A stretch of DNA of 20,000 nt from the IMG/VR virus record IMGVR_UViG_3300003320_000087, positions 109,917 through 129,916 of that record; one strand, given 5' to 3'. The position numbers and the translations under genes are program-made. Position 1 is the stretch's first letter. Each line of letters opens with the position of its first letter. Below, piece after piece: positions 14,945 through 20,000 of the stretch. This DNA comes from an uncultured virus (IMG/VR IMGVR_UViG_3300003320_000087) (taxonomy: Duplodnaviria; Heunggongvirae; Uroviricota; Caudoviricetes). The notes beneath the pieces are model-generated. The model saw nothing but the letters and a program-made list of their open reading frames with translations. It searched no databases and was not told where the DNA came from.

Positions 14945-15133
14945 ATGATGATTCCCGCTCCCCGTGTTGCTGAGCCTACCGTATTGAAGTGCCGTGAGGA
15001 TGGCTGTGAAGGCACTTATGAGCCGTACCGAGATGGTTCGCTGTCCTGTTACTGCGGCAGCCGCTCTAACCTCACTGTGGACGATGTAGAGATTCTGAAC
15101 ATGACCATTGTGTATGAGCGTAGCGACTGCTAA
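14945..15133 (+). CDS. small Cys-containing protein
   Basis: RBS AAGGAG before ATG 14945. Confidence 0.7.
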   Translation: MMIPAPRVAEPTVLKCREDGCEGTYEPYRDGSLSCYCGSRSNLTVDDVEILNMTIVYERSDC

Positions 15134-15140
15134 GATTTAT

Positions 15141-15168
15141 GCTGGGGATGAAAATCTCCAGCAAGCTT
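15141..15168 (+). repeat. hairpin-AAGCTT element 22
   Basis: GCTGGGGAT-GAAA-ATCTCCAGC-AAGCTT. Confidence 0.9.
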
Positions 15169-15199
15169 GCAACATCGACATTCTAATTAAGGAAACAAA

Positions 15200-15412
15200 A
15201 TGGTGTTTTTCGTTCTGCTCCTGGTTCTCGGTTCGGCTTGGGTTATTTCTGCCTGGTCTTTCATGCTGTTCGTTGGTATGGTTCATCATGACATTCTTCC
15301 GGCCGTGATTCCCATTTCGTATCAGACTTCTCTTCAGATTACTGGTGTGATGCTTGCGTTCACCTTTGGCTTTGCTCTTCTTTCTGGAATTCTTCGAGAG
15401 GCTGCAAAGTAG
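15200..15412 (+). CDS. membrane protein
   Basis: RBS AAGGA; two hydrophobic segments. Confidence 0.8.
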   Translation: MVFFVLLLVLGSAWVISAWSFMLFVGMVHHDILPAVIPISYQTSLQITGVMLAFTFGFALLSGILREAAK

Positions 15413-15418
15413 TAATCC

Positions 15419-15443
15419 GGCCGGATTTATTCCGGCCAAGCTT
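15419..15443 (+). repeat. hairpin-AAGCTT element 23
   Basis: GGCCGGA-TTTAT-TCCGGCC-AAGCTT. Confidence 0.9.
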
Positions 15444-15469
15444 TCAACAACAAATGTGAGGTAAATTAA

Positions 15470-15844
15470 ATGCTATTCAGTGATGCACAGAGCCTCAATG
15501 AGGGCGACGAGATGTTCGTTACCGATGGTGTTGGTCGTGCTACTCATCAGGTGGTTACCAAGCTGAGTGGCCCATACTACAATGGATTCTCAAGCCACGG
15601 TGTCCTTGTTGTCAGGGATGAGAGCAACCAGGTTCGGGTCTACAACCTTGGTGACCTAGTGATAAAGCCTGCTGTGCCTGTTGAGGGACAAACGTGGGTT
15701 CGTAAGACTGATGGTAAGAGCCGATATGTTGCTGGTGTGACAGACAATTTTGTCATCGTAAAGCAGAGTGCCGGGGCTTCTAATGCCAGGGCATATGTGG
15801 TTGAGATGAGCCTGTTTCTGACTACGTATCGTAAGTACAGTTAG
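15470..15844 (+). CDS. hypothetical protein
   Basis: 124 aa, RBS GAGGT. Confidence 0.8.
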   Translation: MLFSDAQSLNEGDEMFVTDGVGRATHQVVTKLSGPYYNGFSSHGVLVVRDESNQVRVYNLGDLVIKPAVPVEGQTWVRKTDGKSRYVAGVTDNFVIVKQSAGASNARAYVVEMSLFLTTYRKYS

Positions 15845-15851
15845 GATTGTC

Positions 15852-16325
15852 ATGATTGGCTGTGTTGAGGATGCCGAATTCATTGCAGAATGGGATTTTC
15901 GGCATCCTCTTCCAGATGGGTGGAGTTTTGCCGGTGAAGGCGCAACACGTGTTGCAGTGATAAGCCCGGATGGAATTGTCTATAAGGTAGAGCTTAGTCC
16001 AGATGGTTCTAATTCAAACGAATATATGAACATTCAGAGGATTAAAAAGCTGCCTCCCATTAAGGGATGGGAAATTGCGGATGCCTCCCTTTACATTCTA
16101 GATAACTTCAAATCAGTCATTGCTATGGAATACATTGAAGGCAGTGATGATATTGAATGCGGTTCGTATCTTGGACCAGAGTTTAAATGCACATGTAAAA
16201 TGAAGCCTTGTGTGGCTTATGTGTGGGAGGTCACCGCTAGACTGTGGGGTGTGTGGGACCTTACAAGTGATAACATCAGAGTGCAGCCTGATGGTACTCG
16301 GATTGTCATCGATGCAGTGTCTTGA
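15852..16325 (+). CDS. minimal protein-kinase-like fold protein
   Basis: GEGATR (Gly loop), VYK, NEY, AMEYIEG hinge, DLTSDNI catalytic loop, VIDA. Confidence 0.65.
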   Translation: MIGCVEDAEFIAEWDFRHPLPDGWSFAGEGATRVAVISPDGIVYKVELSPDGSNSNEYMNIQRIKKLPPIKGWEIADASLYILDNFKSVIAMEYIEGSDDIECGSYLGPEFKCTCKMKPCVAYVWEVTARLWGVWDLTSDNIRVQPDGTRIVIDAVS

Positions 16326-16332
16326 CTGACCA

Positions 16333-16360
16333 GCCCAGTCTTGATAGACTGGGCAAGCTT
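16333..16360 (+). repeat. hairpin-AAGCTT element 24
   Basis: GCCCAGTCT-TGAT-AGACTGGGC-AAGCTT. Confidence 0.9.
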
Positions 16361-16392
16361 CAGAAGGAACCATATCCTTTAAGGAAGAGAGT

Positions 16393-16632
16393 ATGGGAAC
16401 GAAGATTCGGCACGTGACGGTAATGATTGGTAAGGTTGAGTCAGTACCATCGTCACGTTTTGCCAAGCGAATTTGTCCGGCATGCAAGACTGAGCGTTTC
16501 ATTACTCAGCGCAGTAAGTTTCTCAAGCATAATAATGGCGAAAAGGAATGCCGTGCTGTTGGCCTGACAATTGACCAGTACAATAAGCTTAACGAAGAGC
16601 TGATTGCAGCTCGTAAGGCAACTTTCAAGTAA
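16393..16632 (+). CDS. hypothetical protein with CxxC
   Basis: RBS AAGGA; CPAC...H...C. Confidence 0.75.
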   Translation: MGTKIRHVTVMIGKVESVPSSRFAKRICPACKTERFITQRSKFLKHNNGEKECRAVGLTIDQYNKLNEELIAARKATFK

Positions 16633-16642
16633 GGATATGCAT

Positions 16643-16789
16643 ATGGCTAAGGTTGTTCGTCGTCAGCAGACTCGCAAGATTCAGACTCCTCGGAGTAAGA
16701 AGACTCGCGACTATCGCAACGGCAATGACTTTTCCAATTTCAAGGGTCCTAGGTATTCTCGTAAGGATAAGTATCCTGTAGCATACTGA
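16643..16789 (+). CDS. small basic protein
   Basis: RBS AAGGA; MAKVVRRQQ... Confidence 0.7.
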   Translation: MAKVVRRQQTRKIQTPRSKKTRDYRNGNDFSNFKGPRYSRKDKYPVAY

Positions 16790-16796
16790 CTAATTC

Positions 16797-16828
16797 GCCC
16801 GGCTGTGATAAAATGGCCGGGTAAGCTT
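16797..16828 (+). repeat. hairpin-AAGCTT element 25
   Basis: GCCCGGCTGT-GATAAA-ATGGCCGGGT-AAGCTT. Confidence 0.85.
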
Positions 16829-16850
16829 CCGACAAACAATGGAGAATAAA

Positions 16851-17000
16851 ATGAGTGAGTTTGACAAGAGCGTGGATGAGCTTTTTGACACTGCTGCTCG
16901 ATGGAGTAAGGGAATTGTAGTAGCGTCTGTCGTTCTGGCCCTGGGGGTCCTGAGCGTTGTTCTTTGGGCCATTATTTCTCTGGTCCTTCACTTCACGTGA
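16851..17000 (+). CDS. small single-pass membrane protein (49 aa; not in ORF track)
   Basis: RBS GGAG; MSEFDKSVDE..., hydrophobic C terminus. Confidence 0.75.
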   Translation: MSEFDKSVDELFDTAARWSKGIVVASVVLALGVLSVVLWAIISLVLHFT

Positions 17001-17006
17001 AATTTC

Positions 17007-17032
17007 GGCGGGTTGAAAAATCCGCCAAGCTT
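17007..17032 (+). repeat. hairpin-AAGCTT element 26
   Basis: GGCGGGTT-GAAA-AATCCGCC-AAGCTT. Confidence 0.9.
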
Positions 17033-17136
17033 TAACACCATCGTAAGGAGGCAATGTGTACTGCCATTGTGGTAGACCATATCCATGCCTTGACCATTAA
17101 TCAACGAGTCCTCCAGAATATATTCTAGGGATAAAG

Positions 17137-17508
17137 ATGAAGCTTTTCAGTAAGTCAAGAGGAATTCCTGACGTTCGTAAGCCTGATTATGATTTCATCC
17201 GGGATGCTGAAAAGGAATTCCGGATGGATGACGATGGTTTTGACGAACGAATGGATGAGGCAATCCTTGAGAATTCAGATTTCAAGGAAGTCAATTACTA
17301 CAACATGGACATTGATGAACTTGATAAGTTCATCGACAAGTGTCGGGACCTTGGTTCAGAACTGAATTCAATAAAGTATAAGGATGAACTCCTTGACTTT
17401 ATCGAAAGAATGGAAAGGCGAAGGTTCCGTCTCTCTCGTCGTGACTGGGACCAACGTCATTACGATTTGCGAAACAAGATGGTGGAGCGAGGGAAGCGCT
17501 CAAACTGA
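17137..17508 (+). CDS. hypothetical protein
   Basis: 123 aa ORF on the coding strand. Confidence 0.75.
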   Translation: MKLFSKSRGIPDVRKPDYDFIRDAEKEFRMDDDGFDERMDEAILENSDFKEVNYYNMDIDELDKFIDKCRDLGSELNSIKYKDELLDFIERMERRRFRLSRRDWDQRHYDLRNKMVERGKRSN

Positions 17509-17514
17509 ATTAAC

Positions 17515-17542
17515 GGCGGGTTAGAAATAACCCGCCAAGCTG
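17515..17542 (+). repeat. hairpin-AAGCT element 27
   Basis: GGCGGGTTA-GAAA-TAACCCGCC-AAGCTG. Confidence 0.85.
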
Positions 17543-17579
17543 CAACACCAAAATAAATAATAAACCGTTAGGAATAAAA

Positions 17580-17954
17580 ATGAACCGTCGTATTACGGCT
17601 GCTGTTGTCTCTGCTGTTGCTGTCTCTGTGGTGGCTACGGGTTGTTCTGCCTCTCCTGGTCACTCTGTCAGCCGCGCGGGAATTGTGGTGGACCGCGATA
17701 TTGAAGGGCATGGCTATGAACTGGAGACCAAGAACAGTTCTGGCAAGCACGAGTTTAGTGTGAGCGCCAAGGTTTATCACGATTGCCAGAAGCGCGAATA
17801 CTACCCCTCTTGCATTAAGAGCAGCAAGAAGGACAGCGATAACCGCAAGAGCTACAAGAAGTCGAAGAAGAAGCGCTCTTGGTCTTGGACTAAGAAGAAC
17901 AAGTCTAAGAAGTCTTCTAAGGGATTTAGCTTTAAGCGGAGTAAGAGGCGCTAA
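17580..17954 (+). CDS. putative lipoprotein with Lys/Ser-rich tail
   Basis: MNRR + hydrophobic stretch + ATGC lipobox. Confidence 0.75.
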   Translation: MNRRITAAVVSAVAVSVVATGCSASPGHSVSRAGIVVDRDIEGHGYELETKNSSGKHEFSVSAKVYHDCQKREYYPSCIKSSKKDSDNRKSYKKSKKKRSWSWTKKNKSKKSSKGFSFKRSKRR

Positions 17955-17963
17955 GTAAAACCC

Positions 17964-17989
17964 GGGCGAAAGAAATTTCGCCCAAGCTT
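17964..17989 (+). repeat. hairpin-AAGCTT element 28
   Basis: GGGCGAAA-GAAA-TTTCGCCC-AAGCTT. Confidence 0.9.
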
Positions 17990-18285
17990 GCAATTTTGCC
18001 AAAAATTATGACCATCGTAACAGCAAATTCTGTGGCAGTTTTTTGGACCATCGTAAAGGGGTTCCCGGCGAGTCGGGAATGTCGGACATGCCCCGCTTCG
18101 CGGGGCTTAGCCCGTGTTTGTACCAATTTGATAGTGTTTGTACAAATATGTACCAGAATGTCCGATTTGCCCAAGGCTAGTCGGCAAGGTGGGAAACTTT
18201 ACCAAACCGTGACCAAAAAACCTTCCGTGACGTGCTATCGCGCGATAGGATGGCGCTACGCGCCACCCAAACAGGAGGTACCAAA

Positions 18286-18540
18286 ATGGCCAGGATTACG
18301 AACAACAAGCACGTTATGCACTGGAGCGGCGAGACTGTCACCATTACCCGTCGGTTTCTCAAGTCGGGCGCCGTGCGCGTTCGTGTTGTTGTGGCTGAAT
18401 CATTCAATGGTACGGAGCGTTTGAACGAATACCGCGATTACGTTGACATGCACAAGGGTGATGCTGTATATGCTCGACACATCAAAAAGTTTGAGCGTGC
18501 AATTGAGTCAGCCGCTCGCGAAGCTTGGAACGCTCGTTAG
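18286..18540 (+). CDS. hypothetical protein
   Basis: RBS AGGAGGT before ATG 18286. Confidence 0.8.
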   Translation: MARITNNKHVMHWSGETVTITRRFLKSGAVRVRVVVAESFNGTERLNEYRDYVDMHKGDAVYARHIKKFERAIESAAREAWNAR

Positions 18541-18552
18541 GCATACCTAACC

Positions 18553-18579
18553 AGGGAGCCGGACAACCGGCTCCCTTTT
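18553..18579 (+). terminator. intrinsic terminator
   Basis: GGGAGCCGG-ACAA-CCGGCTCCC-TTTT after the stop codon. Confidence 0.75.
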
Positions 18580-18607
18580 CTATGCCTGCTAAAAGGTTGA
18601 ATTCTGT

Positions 18608-18639
18608 ACATCCACAGCTGTGGATAAACCTGTGGATAA
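18608..18639. promoter_or_regulatory. DnaA-box cluster
   Basis: TGTGGATAA (reverse complement TTATCCACA) at 18619 and 18631; imperfect inverted ACATCCACA at 18608. Confidence 0.65.
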
Positions 18640-18883
18640 CTTCGCTACTCTCTGCAATGTTACTTTACAGTATGTGAGAAAAGCTCTGTACGCCCTTCTA
18701 AGAGCCTCCCAGGGATGCCAATAGGCGACCACCCCAGGACACCCGCGAAAGGCCGTTAGACGCGATTTTCACGTTGTGTAGTATCTGATGGAGTGTCAGA
18801 GAACCAACGAAAGCGCAGGTCAGACACTGTTTTTCAATCTGACAGCGTGTCAGGTTACCGGCCAGTGGTCACAGACTGCTGAC

Positions 18884-18892
18884 TGTGGATAA
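18884..18892. promoter_or_regulatory. DnaA box
   Basis: TGTGGATAA, perfect consensus. Confidence 0.55.
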
Positions 18893-19105
18893 CTTTCTTT
18901 ACCTAAACGTTACGAAGACACGCCGACATAGGGGTTGACAATCTTTAAAAAATTTGCATAGGGGGAAAAGCCGGCCACTTAGGTAAAATTTTGGTAAAGA
19001 AAATCAGAAATGGTTGACACAGACTGAGAGTGCCTGTATTTCGCGCACACTCACACACTCGCCGCATGTTGGGAGCGGCTAGGTTACTCGCGAGTTAACT
19101 AACGA

Positions 19106-19121
19106 TGTGACGCACGTCACA
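19106..19121. promoter_or_regulatory. CRP/GlxR-type binding site
   Basis: TGTGA-CGCACG-TCACA, perfect TGTGA-N6-TCACA. Confidence 0.6.
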
Positions 19122-19226
19122 CAAATAGCATGGGAAAGGTTAGGCATGCTAAACATGGCCTCTGACCTGCGAAAACTCACAAAACCGCAGGTCAGAGCAT
19201 AGGCTAGTGTTTACCTCAGAACGAAC

Positions 19227-19296
19227 GGCCCGGAGGAAAGCCCCGCAAGGGGCGAGTACAAAGGAAGTCGCGGTTACTTGAGAACTAAATAGCGGG
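19227..19296 (+). promoter_or_regulatory. rRNA-operon-leader-like antitermination element (hairpin + boxA-like)
   Basis: GCCCGGAGGAAAGCCCC-GCAA-GGGGCGAGTACAAAGGAAG...GTTACTTGAGAACTAAATAGCG closely matches my recollection of Streptomyces rrn leaders. Confidence 0.65.
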
Positions 19297-19640
19297 ATTC
19301 AGAAACACATTACGCACAAGGAAACTCGCGGGTCACTGCCTAGAGGTCTAGCTAGGAAATCACCCCTTACATTCTGCGAGTTGAATTGACATTCTCGGCA
19401 CTTTGCCAGGATTAGCGAACGGGCGGTTCTTCCCTTTCCGATATGCCAGGAAATATCGACCGTCGAATATAGTGCGATTCCTTTTGGGATAGCGGTAGAT
19501 ATCCAATGCCACTAAAGGGATTCAAGTAGCGAAATCCAGCGGGTGTTTTGTTTGTCAGTCGAAAGTGCGCCGTGTCCCGATTATCTAGGGACTGTGGCTT
19601 TAGACGCTTACCCTTTCGAGCGTCTAGTGTCCACAAAGGA
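19297..19640 (+). ncRNA. putative large structured RNA / 5' leader
   Basis: No + strand ORF; at least seven helices, several with G-U pairs. Confidence 0.45.
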
Positions 19641-19663
19641 ATTAGGGAAGAAAGTGAGTCATC

Positions 19664-19993
19664 ATGACGACTGCCGCTCCTGCCAAGAAGACTGCCGCCC
19701 CGCGCAAGCGGGCGACTAAGAAGGCTGTCAGCACTCCTCAGACGGCCGAACAGACGACGACTGTGTCTGTTGTTGACCCGGACGTCTACGTGCCCCCTAC
19801 GGGGCTTGCAGAGGGTTTCCAGAGTGATGGGTCCGGCCCGCTGTTGGATGACCGTCTGACTCCGCGTGCGCTGGAGAACCTGACAGAGCTTGCCACGGAC
19901 GGAAACACGAACACGGCCCGAAAGTACTGGATTGCCGTGCTGGCAAAGTACGGCGTCACGGTTCCTTTTGTGCCGGTTGACGAAAGCGAGTAA
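19664..19993 (+). CDS. hypothetical protein with basic Ala/Lys/Thr-rich N terminus
   Basis: 109 aa ORF; higher GC than upstream genes. Confidence 0.8.
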   Translation: MTTAAPAKKTAAPRKRATKKAVSTPQTAEQTTTVSVVDPDVYVPPTGLAEGFQSDGSGPLLDDRLTPRALENLTELATDGNTNTARKYWIAVLAKYGVTVPFVPVDESE

Positions 19994-20000
19994 AACCGCC

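Noticed and set aside
16990..17003. parS-like palindrome TTCACGTGAA
   Set aside because: Only the 10-bp core of GTTTCACGTGAAAC matches, it is a single copy, and it overlaps a stop codon.
17054..17128. Micro-ORFs after AAGGAGG (24 aa from ATG; or MYCHCGRPYPCLDH from GTG)
   Set aside because: SD spacing is only 2-4 nt and the frame is ambiguous, so I cannot support a call without conservation data.
362..17989. Hairpin elements as a CRISPR array or REP-like identical repeats
   Set aside because: Stem sequences differ between copies, spacing is gene-sized and irregular, and there are no cas genes.
654..17989. Hairpin elements as plain rho-independent terminators
   Set aside because: Most lack a U tract, and the invariant AAGCT at zero spacing is unexplained by that model. 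Termination is not excluded, because actinobacterial terminators can lack U tracts.
17996..18424. 142 aa + strand ORF
   Set aside because: It crosses repeat-rich regulatory DNA, has no RBS, and overlaps the better-supported 18286 gene out of frame.
18935..19042. TTGACA hexamers at 18935 and 19014 as promoters
   Set aside because: No convincing TANNNT -10 at 17-18 bp spacing.
132..19636. All minus-strand ORFs in the track
   Set aside because: Nearly all are shadows of + strand genes, and none shows a convincing RBS or recognisable motif; all promoters and RBSs found point to the + strand.

Overview
Segment of a large phage genome, most likely infecting Streptomyces. It looks far less GC-rich than a Streptomyces chromosome, and it encodes SsgA-like and Lsr2-like proteins and has HrdB-type promoters; resemblance to cluster BE/BK-type phages is my inference. 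About 50 mostly small genes all lie on the + strand. Recognisable products include an RNA ligase, a nucleotidyltransferase-like protein followed by three tandem paralogs, an SsgA-like protein, an Lsr2-like protein, a DUF932 protein, an HNH endonuclease, an NlpC/P60 peptidase, a metallophosphoesterase, a cyclic-phosphate-processing receiver-domain protein, a kinase-like protein and a lipoprotein. The most notable content is non-coding. (1) 28 intergenic elements each consist of a sequence-variable, structure-conserved GC hairpin followed immediately by AAGCT(T), almost always between a stop codon and the next RBS. (2) An RNA cluster at ~14.53-14.91 kb has a tRNA-like element and two kink-turns. 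(3) A ~1.1 kb control region carries DnaA boxes, a perfect CRP site and other operator-like palindromes, followed by an apparent mimic of the Streptomyces rRNA-operon antitermination leader and a ~350 nt structured RNA. All calls come from reading the sequence by eye; no searches were run.
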